This document shows, in pieces, positions 10,963 to 21,800 of a stretch of 64,000 nucleotides of DNA. The number at the start of each line of letters is the position of its first letter. Positions within the stretch are counted from its first letter, which is position 1. The notes below the pieces were generated by a model. The model saw only the letters and a list, made by a program, of their open reading frames with translations, had not been told where the DNA came from and ran no database searches. The position numbers were made by a program, and so were the translations under genes. Where the stretch lies: assembly GCA_965215265.1 (NCBI GenBank), contig OZ244048.1, positions 4,288,001 through 4,352,000 of the forward strand, read 5' to 3'. This DNA is from Candidatus Poribacteria bacterium (GTDB taxonomy: Bacteria > Poribacteria > WGA-4E > WGA-3G).

Positions 10963-11691
10963 ATGACACAACCGATTCAAGTTACCGTTTGGAATGAATT
11001 TCGGCATGAGAAAACGAACGAGACGATTCGCGGTATTTACCCCAAGGGCATTCATGCCGCTATCGCCGATGGACTCAACGCCCCGGGCGGTTTTGAAGTG
11101 CGAACCGCAACTTTGGACGAACCCGAACACGGCTTAACAGACGATGTGTTAGGGAACACCGATGTACTGATATGGTGGGGACATGCTGCCCACGGCGCTG
11201 TTGAAGATGCCATCGCTGACAAAGTCCGCGGACGGGTGCTGGATGGAATGGGGCTTATTGTTTTACATTCCGCTCACTACTCTAAGCCATTTACCCGATT
11301 GATGGGCACTTCATGTAGCCTCAAATGGCGCGAAGCAGCGGAAAAAGAACGGCTCTGGGTGATTGAGCATGGACACCCTATTGTAGAAGGACTCGGCGAA
11401 TATTTTGAGATTGAACACGCTGAGATGTACGGAGAACCGTTTGATGTACCCGAACCGGATACCTTAGTTTTCATCAGTTGGTTCCCCGGCGGCGAGGTCT
11501 TCCGGAGCGGTTGTTGCTACTATCGCGGTAGGGGCAAAATCTTCTATTTCCGCCCCGGGCACGAAACTTATCCAATCTATTATGATGAGAACGTGCGGCA
11601 GGTCATTGCGAATGCGGCGAAGTGGGCGGCACCCGGCAATGCACCAACACCTATTTTTGGAAATGCACAACCCTTGGAACCCCTTTCTTAG
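10963..11691 (+). CDS. thuA: ThuA-like trehalose utilization protein
   Basis: [45 protein letters not shown]. Confidence 0.85.
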   Translation: MTQPIQVTVWNEFRHEKTNETIRGIYPKGIHAAIADGLNAPGGFEVRTATLDEPEHGLTDDVLGNTDVLIWWGHAAHGAVEDAIADKVRGRVLDGMGLIVLHSAHYSKPFTRLMGTSCSLKWREAAEKERLWVIEHGHPIVEGLGEYFEIEHAEMYGEPFDVPEPDTLVFISWFPGGEVFRSGCCYYRGRGKIFYFRPGHETYPIYYDENVRQVIANAAKWAAPGNAPTPIFGNAQPLEPLS

Positions 11692-11765
11692 CAGTGTTGC
11701 TGATTGCGTTCAAATGGACAGGCCACTGTGCCTGTCCAAATCCTTAACGGGAACCTTATAGAAAG

Positions 11766-13262
11766 ATGAAAGCCGAAGAAACACAGACGCATAATCAGGC
11801 CTCGAAAAAAAATGAGATTCCGCCTGTCAGTAGCCCCCTACGCTGAGCCCTAGTTTATGAGGAAAATCATTGCACTTGCCGCGGTGTTCGGCCCCGCCGC
11901 GATTGTTGCATCCGTGAGCATCGGTACCGGTGAGACAATCGTTGTTGTCCGTGCCGGGGCTTGGGCGGGGTACGGCTTGCTCTGGCTTGTACTGCTGAGT
12001 TATGTCGTTAAAGGGGTTTTTGTGACGTATCTGCTTGGCCGCTATACCGCAGTGAGCGGCGAGTACATCGGGAACAGGCTTGTCAAACTGCCCGGTCCGA
12101 GAGGTTGGTTGCTGATTGCTATTGTCCTCTTAGAGGTGATAGGTGCACCGTTAGCCTGGGTGCCAATTGCGAAACCGTACGGCGCACTGCTGCACTTTTT
12201 GTTTAAAGACGGCTTCTCTACCGCTATTTCGCAGCCCATCTGGGAGAACCTTATAACTTCGGCGTTCATTAGTTTCGCGCTTCTCTTCGGATTAAGGCTC
12301 TCATTTGATAAGCTGGAAAAACAGCAGCTAATCATTTGTGGTATTCTCGTCGTTGGAACAATTATCGGCACATTGATGGTACGTCCAGATTTTGGAAAGG
12401 CGATCGTTGGAAGTTTCAGTTTTGCTCATCTGACTGACTTCCCGGAATGGACACCGACCGACACAGTCAAAAACCCACTGCTCACAATGGCGACAACGTT
12501 CGGTTATGTTGGCGGCTCAGTGACGGGTTATGTGGTTTACGCAAATTGGGTCAGCCTTCACCGATGGGGAATGACATCACACCAAAATATTGATGCCATC
12601 CGCCGCCACGCCGCCGGACGAGATAAAATCGACTACCTCCCTAACAAATCTGAACAAGTCAACGGGTTGCGTCAAATCCTTGCCCCTTTGCGGTGGGATA
12701 TTGGTATGGGTGCAGTCGTTTGTTCATTGTAACAGCGGCATTCATGATATCTGGTGCCGCCGTCTTATATCCACCCAAAAACTCATTTGAAGGGTGGAGT
12801 TTACTCACAGATAAGGCAAGCATCTGGAAGAACATTCACCCAACGCTGGTTTGGGTTTACTATATTTGCATCATTATGGCGCTATGGGGTACGCTGCAGG
12901 CACTCCCCGAAATTTACGCGTGCGTTATCCAAGAATTCTTTCAGGCAGTCTGGCTGGAACGAAAATTTGGGTACGACACAATCCGGCGATGGATCTGTCT
13001 CTATATTTTCCTTACCACGATGGTAATCATCTGGTTGAACATTCCGTTCGACATTTTAACGCAAATCGTTGGGTTTATTTTAGCAAATTTTTCCATTGCT
13101 TTAATGATGCTTGCTGTACTGTATCTAAACTTCAAACTTCCAACTGCCTATCGTACGCGGCCGTTCATGCTCGTCGGTTCCCTAATTCCCTCTGTCGTTC
13201 TCATCGTCTTTGCAGGCAGTAGTGCTTGGGGCCTATTCATCAAGTTCTTTGCTGGAAATTAA
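11766..13262 (+). pseudogene. Nramp/YcsG-like transporter, frameshifted
   Basis: FGPAAIVASVSIGTGE and multi-TM sequence split over ORFs 11857-12732 and 12693-13262; the upstream ATG at 11766 also hits an early TGA. Confidence 0.75.
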
Positions 13263-13377
13263 GGTTGACACCTTTTAAATAAAAATATAGAATTCCCTTA
13301 GCACGCACGATGCAGAGTCGTGTTAACGAAATCTTTTTAGTTAGCAAATCATCAAAATTTGCAAAGGAGATGGAACC

Positions 13378-14100
13378 ATGGCAAACATTAAAGAGAGACT
13401 TAATCAACTGCAGCAAGACGGGTTTCTTGTGATTGAAGGCGCGTTGTCGCCGGAAGAAACGGAACAAATTCGGCAGCGGGTTAACTATGCACGTGAAATG
13501 CAATGGGAAGAGGGTTTAAACGCTGTCGGCAATATGTGGTTTGATAGTCTATTGGATCGGGAACCTGATACTTATGCTCCACTTGTTGGACATCCAAGCG
13601 TTCGCCCCTATCTTGAAGGATTGATGGGTAAACAGTGTCAACTCCGTAGTCTACGGGCACACATTAACCCGGGGCCCTATCTCCAAGAGTGGCACATGGA
13701 TTTCTACGGCTATTGGCACGAAAAACGGTATGCTGACGAACATCCGTTTGCGATGGCTCCGGTGGGGATTAATACCACCTTCTATTTTCAAAACAACGAC
13801 CCCGGTGAAGGACATCTTAAGTTTATCAAAGGCGGGCATCTTAACGAACCACCGCATCTGTATCCGTTAAATCGACCGAAATTCGAGGCATGGTGTGAGG
13901 CACAAGAGCATGTAATCCTGTACCCGAAAGCAGGAGACTGTGTTGTATTCATCAATCACATTCCGCACCAAGGTGCCAAAGAACGCGACGATATGGAACG
14001 GAGCAATGTGGTATGTCACTATCAGGTGACACCGATGTATGAAGGGGTTTGGCATGTCTCGCGCCCGCGTGGGTATCAAGGGACCTTCCCATTTGCTTAG
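13378..14100 (+). CDS. PhyH family dioxygenase
   Basis: DGFLVIEGALS, WHMD, KGGH, GDCVVF..HIPHQG. Confidence 0.85.
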   Translation: MANIKERLNQLQQDGFLVIEGALSPEETEQIRQRVNYAREMQWEEGLNAVGNMWFDSLLDREPDTYAPLVGHPSVRPYLEGLMGKQCQLRSLRAHINPGPYLQEWHMDFYGYWHEKRYADEHPFAMAPVGINTTFYFQNNDPGEGHLKFIKGGHLNEPPHLYPLNRPKFEAWCEAQEHVILYPKAGDCVVFINHIPHQGAKERDDMERSNVVCHYQVTPMYEGVWHVSRPRGYQGTFPFA

Positions 14101-14301
14101 AGCGCTTCACAAACCGTTTCTTGTTTCCCTTTCATTGGGCAGAGGATGCTCTGCCCTTGGACACCATGTTAGACGAATCTCTTAATGATGATATTCCTCA
14201 CTCGCAGCGTTAATCTCACCGGTTCGCGCTTAACTACATGTTACACGGATATTACAAAGATTCGCATAACCATTAGTAAACTAAAGTCAGGGAGAATACT
14301 C

Positions 14302-15097
14302 ATGCGCGATGTTATCCGGTTTGTATGTCCTATGTATTTATTGACAGTCAGTTTCCAAATTCCCAGCACAGCGAAAGAATTAAAAGGTTTAGTCGTTTAC
14401 TTCGCATTTGAAGAGAGCAGCGGTCAAACCGTCGCAGACCTATCTGGAAACCGGAATGATGGCAAACTAGAAGGTGACATCTCGTGGGGTGATGGGAAAT
14501 TCGGGCGTGCCGTCAATTTTGGTGGGAAGGATGGCATCATTCGCGTGGAGCATTCCGACTCGTTTGAATTTACCGATGGAATTACGATTGCAGCATGGGT
14601 TCGCCCTACATTGAAGGCTGGTCCCGGCACATGGCAGCTGATCGCAGCTAAGGGGCCGGATGTGGACGAATTTTTTGAGATACTCCTCCATCCGGATGGG
14701 TTGGAAATTGTCAGGAGGACGTTCGGTTCCAGCACAAAGTCCTCGCAATATCGTCAAAGATAAGTGGCAACACGTTGCGGTTTCGTTTCAATCAAGGGAT
14801 TTTTGGACTGTCTATCTCGACGGTGAAGTTCTGATCTATTACCCAAAGACCAATGACAAATTGATACCGATTGAGTCTCCTTTATTGCTGGGTGTTGAAG
14901 AGCCTCTCAATTTGAACCGTTACTACAACGGTGACATGGACGACTTTGCTCTCTTTAGCCATGGGCTTTCCAATACCGAAATCAAAGAAATTCAGGGCGG
15001 TATCCAATAAATTTTGGCTGTTGAACCGGCTGCGAAATTATCGACAATGTGGGGTTTTCTTAAACAGAGATATACTGCTCGCGATGTGTCAAATTGA
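14302..15097 (+). pseudogene. LamG domain protein with a frameshift and a premature stop
   Basis: Frameshift near 14700; TAA at 15008 is followed in frame by ILAVEPAAKLSTMWGFLK, the family C-terminal motif. Confidence 0.8.
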
Positions 15098-15167
15098 CGA
15101 ATCGCCTAGAAGTGTGCCAATTTGGCAGAGCACGCACTCGGATATCCCTCATTTCATGCGATTCTTG

Positions 15168-15184
15168 TTGGCACAGATATTGCA
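15168..15184 (+). promoter_or_regulatory. Sigma-54 (-24/-12) promoter upstream of dnaK
   Basis: TTGGCACAGATATTGCA has GG and GC 12 bp apart and matches TGGCAC-N5-TTGC. Confidence 0.7.
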
Positions 15185-15291
15185 CAATACTTGTACGGTT
15201 TTCGCTGTGAGTGAACGACCGAGCATCGGGAACCACAATCTTTAATCGCATAGTATGAAAAAAAAATAATTGACAAGAAAGGATATTTGAA

Positions 15292-17208
15292 ATGAGCAAA
15301 GTCATTGGAATTGATTTAGGAACAACTAATTCATGTGTTGCTGTTTTAGAGAGCGGCGACGCGAAGGTTCTCGAAAACACGGAAGGGAACCGCACGACAC
15401 CCTCAGTCGTCGCTTTTACCAAGGAAGGAGAACGGCCAGTCGGACAAGTCGCCAAGAGACAAGCCATCACCAATCCTAAAAATACGATTTTTTCCATAAA
15501 ACGGTTCATGGGGCGAAAATACAACGAGATCGGCGATGATGCTTCACGCGTGCCTTATGAATTAAAAAGCGATAAAGATGGGGATGTCGCAGTAAACATT
15601 GAGGGTAAAGATTATTCACCACCTGAAATTTCAGCGATGGTTTTGCGAAAAATGAAAGAGACTGCCGAGGTGTACCTCGGTGAAGAAGTTACGCAAGCCG
15701 TTATCACGGTGCCTGCCTACTTTAATGACTCACAACGGCAAGCAACGGCAGATGCAGGCAAAATCGCCGGGTTAGAAGTCCAGCGGATTATCAATGAGCC
15801 TACGGCTGCATCGCTTGCTTACGGATTACAGAATGAAGGCGACCGGAAAATTGCTGTCTATGACTTAGGCGGCGGCACCTTTGATATCTCTATCCTAGAA
15901 ATTGGCGACGGAGTCTTTGAGGTGAAAAGCACAAATGGGGATACCCATCTCGGCGGTGATGACTTTGACCAGGCAGTTATTGACTGGATGGCGCAAGAAT
16001 TTCTGAGTAGTGAAGGCATAGATCTTCGCAATGATGGCATGGCGTTACAGCGTTTGAAAGATGCAGCTGAGACGGCTAAATGTGAACTCTCAAGTACGCT
16101 ACAGACTGAAATCAACTTGCCGTTTATTACAGTTGATGCGAGCGGCCCAAAACACCTCAATTTGACGCTCACCCGTTCAAAATTAGAGCAGATTACAGAC
16201 GAGCTCGTCGAACGTTCACTTAAGCCATGCCGGCAAGCACTCTCTGATGCAGAAATGAACCCATCGGATATTGACGAAGTTATCCTCGTTGGTGGACAGA
16301 CGCGGATGCCTAAAGTACAGGAAGCTGTCCAACAGCTCTTCGGGAAAGAGCCACATAAAGGGGTCAACCCGGACGAGGTCGTCGCTGTGGGCGCTGCAAT
16401 TCAAGGAGGGGTCCTGGCCGGAGACGAGGAAGTCAAGGATATTCTGTTGCTGGATGTAACCCCTCTTTCACTCGGTATTGAGACGTTGGGTGGCATATTC
16501 ACGCGGCTGATTGAGAAGAATACCACCATCCCTACAAAAAAATCGCAGACGTTCACTACAGCTGAAGACAACCAGTCAGCTGTCGACGTGCATGTGCTCC
16601 AAGGCGAACGGGAGCAATCCGTTTACAACAAGACTATCGGCCGGTTTCGATTAAGCGAGCTGCCACCTGCCCCTAGAGGCATGCCGCAGATTGAGGTAAC
16701 ATTTGATATTGATGCGAACGGTATCCTCAATGTCTCCGCCAAGGATACCGCAACCGGTAAAGAACAGAAGATTACGATTACTGCCTCCTCCGGGCTGACG
16801 GATGCCGAGATCGAGCAGATGGTAAAAGATGCTGAAGTGCATGCGGAAGAGGATAAACAGAAAAAAGAAGAAGTCGAAACCCGCAACCGGGCCGATTCTC
16901 TGGTTTATGAAACCGAGAAAAACCTGAAGGAATTCGAGGATAAGGTAGACGACGCAACCAAGGAAAAAGTAAACAGTGCTGTCGCGCGCGTGAAGCAAGC
17001 ATTGGAAGCAAAGAATCTGGAGGAAATCAAATCTGCAAGTGATGCACTCACCCAAGTCTGGCACGAGGCATCGGCGCAGCTTTACCAACAAACAGCTGGA
17101 GCTGATCCGAACGCAGCTCCCGGAGAACCCACCTCTTCTGAACCAGTAGATAGCGAGGTTGTTGACGCTGAGTACGAAGTCGTTGACGAGGATAAAGACA
17201 AGAAGTAA
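15292..17208 (+). CDS. dnaK: Chaperone DnaK (Hsp70)
   Basis: [32 protein letters not shown]; full length, 638 aa. Confidence 0.99.
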   Translation: MSKVIGIDLGTTNSCVAVLESGDAKVLENTEGNRTTPSVVAFTKEGERPVGQVAKRQAITNPKNTIFSIKRFMGRKYNEIGDDASRVPYELKSDKDGDVAVNIEGKDYSPPEISAMVLRKMKETAEVYLGEEVTQAVITVPAYFNDSQRQATADAGKIAGLEVQRIINEPTAASLAYGLQNEGDRKIAVYDLGGGTFDISILEIGDGVFEVKSTNGDTHLGGDDFDQAVIDWMAQEFLSSEGIDLRNDGMALQRLKDAAETAKCELSSTLQTEINLPFITVDASGPKHLNLTLTRSKLEQITDELVERSLKPCRQALSDAEMNPSDIDEVILVGGQTRMPKVQEAVQQLFGKEPHKGVNPDEVVAVGAAIQGGVLAGDEEVKDILLLDVTPLSLGIETLGGIFTRLIEKNTTIPTKKSQTFTTAEDNQSAVDVHVLQGEREQSVYNKTIGRFRLSELPPAPRGMPQIEVTFDIDANGILNVSAKDTATGKEQKITITASSGLTDAEIEQMVKDAEVHAEEDKQKKEEVETRNRADSLVYETEKNLKEFEDKVDDATKEKVNSAVARVKQALEAKNLEEIKSASDALTQVWHEASAQLYQQTAGADPNAAPGEPTSSEPVDSEVVDAEYEVVDEDKDKK

Positions 17209-17319
17209 CGCGTTTCTCTCCTTTCCGATCTCTGCAAAATTGTGCAAACTAAGTTATAGTGAGAACGTTTAGTCTGTTGTGCTCTCATGAAGACTCTATT
17301 ATATCGGAGGTCTCTCCAA

Positions 17320-17670
17320 TCGCTTATAGCGATTGGACTTTAGAATCGGTAGTACCAGCGTTTCAACTAGAAAAGGTTGACACCGCGGGTCTCTTTTCTG
17401 AAGTAGAGCCGGTGGCACCAAGTGCTTTTCTCGCGACGACTTTGGCGAGAAAAGCACCGCTAGCTATTGCTATCGGAACAGAGAAAGCACACTCGGAACT
17501 TATTGTCGCTGATATTCTCATTGAACTCCTTGAATATAATCGTGAGAGCCTCAGTTTTTTTGAGGGATTGACTTCAGCGTAGATGCCGAAAACGGTTTGG
17601 TGGGTGTGTGCGATTTTTTAGTGAGTCTGTCGCCAAACCAATTTTATCTCGAGGCACCTATCATCATCGA
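17320..17670 (+). pseudogene. Degenerate restriction-endonuclease-like hypothetical protein
   Basis: AYSDWTL...GTEKA.SELIV..IL continues in another frame as FSVDAENGL.G.CDFLVSLSP.Q.YLEAP; no start, truncated. Confidence 0.55.
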
Positions 17671-17738
17671 CAGCTTATGTAGCACCATATTGTCTATTTG
17701 CTTCAAGAGTTATAAGATTCAATTGACGACATTTCTCA

Positions 17739-18149
17739 TCATTTTCTCTGCGCCGGGCCGCCGGTAGCCCCTAACTTAAAAAACTGGCCTGAGTTGAAAT
17801 AATAGATTATTCTTCGGGTTTCACCGGATGAAATCCAGACGGAGGTGAGCTTGCTCTTGGGCACTCTTTCTTCTGCCAAGAGTTCACTGTCACCATCAAA
17901 CAGATATAAAAAACCTACCGTATCTGCTCTACCCACTTCAATCTCAAGTGTGAGTGTCCCAACCTCTTCAAACGCCCTTGTGTCAATCACAACGACAGTG
18001 TAATCTTGGTAGCCAACCGTTGGTGTCCAAAAAATGTCTAATACTTCTTGAAAAGGTTGTTCACTGCTGAGGACAACATTGCCCACCCCGGGGAATTTAT
18101 CTTCCAAAGATACCTTTTTTAGAAAAAAAGCTAAAGATTTTTTGCCCAC
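17739..18149 (-). pseudogene. Fragment of a hypothetical protein
   Basis: 136-aa open frame with natural composition but no clear start; lies between two other fragments. Confidence 0.35.
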
Positions 18150-18458
18150 GTGGTTGAGGATGTCACGAAGGTGCAGCTCATCGAGATATTGCGTCGGATG
18201 CTGGCATAATTACCGGTAAATGAACGCCAGATACTCACGCTGAAATTTTTTCATGATTTGAGCGGCGTAGTGGTTGCACGGGAAATGAACATGTCGGAGG
18301 GGCGCGTGAGTCAACTCACCGGCAGTGCGTTGGCCCGCTTGAAAAGAGGTATCCTTCGTGAACTTAAGGAAAAACAGGTGGAACGGCAATTGGCTGTCGC
18401 CGGGACTGATTCGGAAACTGATTTTGGTTATAAAGAAGTTTACATAAACTCTCTATGA
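18150..18458 (+). pseudogene. Sigma-70 region 4 (FliA-like) C-terminal fragment
   Basis: LPVNERQILTLKFFHDLSGVVVAREMNMSEGRVSQL..SALARLK; in-frame TAA upstream, N-terminus missing. Confidence 0.7.
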
Positions 18459-18577
18459 ATGCTTATACGGAGGTATACTGTCATGAGAAACTCTGTTTTG
18501 CGGATTGCCCAGGTAACGCTGCTCACGGTGGTGTTGGTTTTTGGAACACTGCAACATCACCCTTTTAAGGAGGGATT

Positions 18578-20059
18578 ATGCTACGCACACTAATACGTCA
18601 AGAGTTGCTCGTGCATCTGATGAGCGCGCGATTCTTCGCCGCTGTCGTCATTACCTTGCTGCTAGTCGTCGCCAATACGTTTGTGTTGCTCGGCGCGTAT
18701 GAAGAGAGGTTCGCTAACTATAGCGAGCAAGAACGGGTGATGCGCGAGAAGATCTCCGCTGCACCCACCTATTCGTCCTTAAGGTTGGCAGTGGAACGTT
18801 TCCCTAACCCCTTGAGTCTCTTTAGTGTAGGACTCGACACACGGTTCGGGAGTTCTGTTGATATCCATCATAGGATGGTGCCGTCCCTGCTTGAGAAGGG
18901 CACACCACTCAGTTCAAAGAACCCATATTTGAACCTCTTCATGCACATCGATCTGATGTTCATCTTCCAAGTTGTGTTGAGTCTCCTTGCGCTGCTCTTC
19001 GCTTATGATGCGATTGCCGGCGATTCGGAGGCCGGCACCTTGCGTCTGGTACTCTCGCATCCAGTTGGGCGCGGTGCCCTGCTGTTTGCCAAATATCTCG
19101 CCGCCATGGTCTGTCTACTCCTGCCGCTGCTGATGAGCTTCCTGTTTGTCCTCATTCAGTGCCTCCTTGTCACTTCGATGCAGCTCGGCCCGTCGGAATT
19201 TATCCGCATCGGTGGCATCTTTTTGACAACAATCATTTACCTATCCGGGTTTTACCTGATTGGGCTGCTGATTTCTACCGTGACACGCCGTGCTGCGACT
19301 GCGCTCATCCTCTGTATGTTTATATGGGTGGGTTTAGTCCTCGTCTATCCTAACTGGAGCCGGTTTGCTATTGATCCGGTCGGCAATATGCACGCTCGCC
19401 GCAGCTCTGCCTACCAACAGATTGGCCAGATTTTGGAAGAGGAAGTCCGCGAGGAACGGCAATTCCTCGCCAGCAGTCCGCTGAAAGGCGAGCCTTCGCG
19501 CTTTAATGTCAATTTTTCGGAATCTCAGGGGAGCTCTGATGGTCATGGTCCGGATCGGGTTATCGGCAAATTGGCAGATGCCGACGACCCCTTAGTGCCG
19601 CATCTGCAACAATATCATGCGTTCATGAGTAAGGTTCAAACCCGTCTTGCGGAAAGGGCAGGCTTAGTCAAGCAGCAGTTGGGGGCAGAAACCGCGCTAC
19701 GGCAAGCGAGATGGGATGAACGGCTCATGAAGTTGAGTCCGGCGAGTCTCTATACGTTTGCAACTATGGCTTGGGCAGGTACGGATGTGGACGGGATGTT
19801 GGATTATATTCAAGCCACTCGGCGATATCGGCAGACCCTCATCGTCTATCTTCAAGATAAAGGAGCGTTCGGCAGTTTACAATGGTTTGCGACCAATGCT
19901 GGGCCGGTGGACTGGTCCGATTTGCCGCAATTCCGATTTCGTCCAGGCCCAGTGGGTGTGTACGCACAGCGGGCACTGCCGACACTATTTTTATTGTCTG
20001 TTATGAATCTCGGCGTGTTCATGGCGACATTTCTCATTTTTGTTAGGATGGAAGTGTAG
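18578..20059 (+). CDS. ABC-2 type exporter permease
   Basis: IRQEL..HL.S.RF, YDAIAGDSEAGTLRLVLSHPVGR..L..AKY; multiple TMs. Confidence 0.85.
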   Translation: MLRTLIRQELLVHLMSARFFAAVVITLLLVVANTFVLLGAYEERFANYSEQERVMREKISAAPTYSSLRLAVERFPNPLSLFSVGLDTRFGSSVDIHHRMVPSLLEKGTPLSSKNPYLNLFMHIDLMFIFQVVLSLLALLFAYDAIAGDSEAGTLRLVLSHPVGRGALLFAKYLAAMVCLLLPLLMSFLFVLIQCLLVTSMQLGPSEFIRIGGIFLTTIIYLSGFYLIGLLISTVTRRAATALILCMFIWVGLVLVYPNWSRFAIDPVGNMHARRSSAYQQIGQILEEEVREERQFLASSPLKGEPSRFNVNFSESQGSSDGHGPDRVIGKLADADDPLVPHLQQYHAFMSKVQTRLAERAGLVKQQLGAETALRQARWDERLMKLSPASLYTFATMAWAGTDVDGMLDYIQATRRYRQTLIVYLQDKGAFGSLQWFATNAGPVDWSDLPQFRFRPGPVGVYAQRALPTLFLLSVMNLGVFMATFLIFVRMEV

Positions 20060-20130
20060 TTCCAACAGAACCCGGTGCATGATTAAGTATAAGGAACCCA
20101 GTGCATCATAATGTAAAAGGAAGCTAGTCC

Positions 20131-21642
20131 ATGATTAAAAATATTATCCTCCGTGAATTTTTCGACCATTTAAACAGTCTGAGGTTTGCGTTAACCACGC
20201 TCATCCTAGTAGCTCTGATGGTAACCAACGCTATGGTACATCTACGGATGCACCCGGCACAGGTCCAGCGTTATTCCAAAAATGCCACGGTTGCCCGTAA
20301 CGAGGTAAAGTCTCGGACGCAACTGTATCTCCTGCTGCAAAAAGGCCCTGGCGATTTTTACAAACGCCCCTCGCCCCTCCGCTTCATAGCGGATGGTGGA
20401 GATGCACTGCTGCCGGGCCGGATTGGGAACCCTGGTTCTTGGAACGTGTTTGCAGTGGGTGGGACTGTCAAAAGCGTGTGGTGGCTGCAATATCCGAATG
20501 TGAACATGGGTGCGATAAACAATCTGCGCCCGACGGCAATTGTGATAGATTGGGTGTTTATCATCACCTATCTCCTCTCCTTCCTCCCGATTCTCTTTAC
20601 GTTTGACGCGCTGTCGGGCGAGCGTGAACGAGGAACGCTGCGCCTCTGCCTTGCAAACCCTATTTCGCGCCACGCACTCTTACTCGGCAAATTCATCGGA
20701 GCCCTCCTCGCCGTGCTGATTCCGTTCTATTTCGGCGTGTTGCTCAATTTAGCGATTCTTTCTACGGATGCATCGACTCAGCTTGATGCGGCGGTATGGG
20801 TTCGGTTGGGGTTTATTGTGTTGATTGCATCCTGCTACGCTGGCATCTTCAGCGCTGTGGGACTTATCGTCTCCGCCATCACTAGTGAGAGTCGCTTAGC
20901 GCTGGTACTGCTGTTGTTAATCTGGGTCATGACAGTAGTGTTTATGCCATCAACGCTCGGCACCCTCGCGGCGAAATGGATGGTGCCCGTCCAAACGCGA
21001 TATCAACTTAACAAGGCAAAAAAGGCAGCCATCAATCAGCTCAAAACCGATTACCAGAAGGAAATGGCGCAGCGGTTTGAAAAACGTTCGAGATCGAATA
21101 ACCTCTTCAGCAACCTCCTCACCCTGTCGCCAAAGCAGGCGGAAGCAGCGTCGAAGGCAGCTTTGGAGAAGGTTGACGATGCAGATCTCCCCCTGAAGGC
21201 GGCATTCGTGATGAAAGATGTGGAGATCAGGGAAAAACTGGAACGCGAGCATCTCGCATCTCTGCATGCCCAGGTCTTACGCACGAGAGCCATCACGCGG
21301 TTGTCGCCCGCTGCCATTGTCCAATATACCCTAGAATCTATGGCGGGCACCGGCTTTAACCGCCACTTGCATTTTATTGACAGTGTAAGGCTTCATGTCC
21401 GACAATTCCGGGAATTCATTGAGACACGAGATCGTGCAGATCCAACGAGTCTTCATCTCCTCGGCATTCCGAGAGGCATGTCAGAAAAACCAGTACCACC
21501 GAGAGCTATCCCAATTTTTGATGGTAAGATGACCTTCCGGGAGACGCTGAATACCGCTATGGGCGATATGTTGTTGCTCGTAGTATTGCTCGGAGTGTTC
21601 TTGTTAGGAGCATTCCTCGTCTTCGTCCGATCAGAAGTTTGA
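20131..21642 (+). CDS. ABC-2 type exporter permease (paralog)
   Basis: FDALSGERERGTLRLCLANPISR..LLLGKF; C-terminus FVRSEV parallels FVRMEV of the neighbour. Confidence 0.85.
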   Translation: MIKNIILREFFDHLNSLRFALTTLILVALMVTNAMVHLRMHPAQVQRYSKNATVARNEVKSRTQLYLLLQKGPGDFYKRPSPLRFIADGGDALLPGRIGNPGSWNVFAVGGTVKSVWWLQYPNVNMGAINNLRPTAIVIDWVFIITYLLSFLPILFTFDALSGERERGTLRLCLANPISRHALLLGKFIGALLAVLIPFYFGVLLNLAILSTDASTQLDAAVWVRLGFIVLIASCYAGIFSAVGLIVSAITSESRLALVLLLLIWVMTVVFMPSTLGTLAAKWMVPVQTRYQLNKAKKAAINQLKTDYQKEMAQRFEKRSRSNNLFSNLLTLSPKQAEAASKAALEKVDDADLPLKAAFVMKDVEIREKLEREHLASLHAQVLRTRAITRLSPAAIVQYTLESMAGTGFNRHLHFIDSVRLHVRQFREFIETRDRADPTSLHLLGIPRGMSEKPVPPRAIPIFDGKMTFRETLNTAMGDMLLLVVLLGVFLLGAFLVFVRSEV

Positions 21643-21695
21643 TTTGAGTCGTTGCAATGACGCTGTTTTCGATAAAAACGCCATAGGGCATGCAA

Positions 21696-21782
21696 TTATG
21701 AATCTAAACATAAACGGCTCTGACGAGATGTACACAGTGATTAACAAAACATCAGGCGTTGTGGGGCTACAGTATACAAAAA
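21696..21782. repeat. Family A element, partial
   Basis: TATGAATCTAAACAT...CTCTGACGAGATGTACAC...GGGGCTACAGTATACAAAAA. Confidence 0.75.
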
Positions 21783-21800
21783 ATTGAAAGGAGAAATAGT

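Noticed and set aside
11766-15097. Programmed frameshift or readthrough in the Nramp-like and LamG genes
   Set aside because: Each gene has two or more independent lesions and no clear slippery site; decay or assembly error is simpler
15060-17247. Long antisense ORFs over dnaK, and similar ones over icd, clpX and the ABC genes
   Set aside because: Shadow ORFs of real genes with no recognisable motifs
20068-20140. Three degenerate 26-bp tandem units before the second permease
   Set aside because: No spacers; looks like slippage duplication of the RBS/start region
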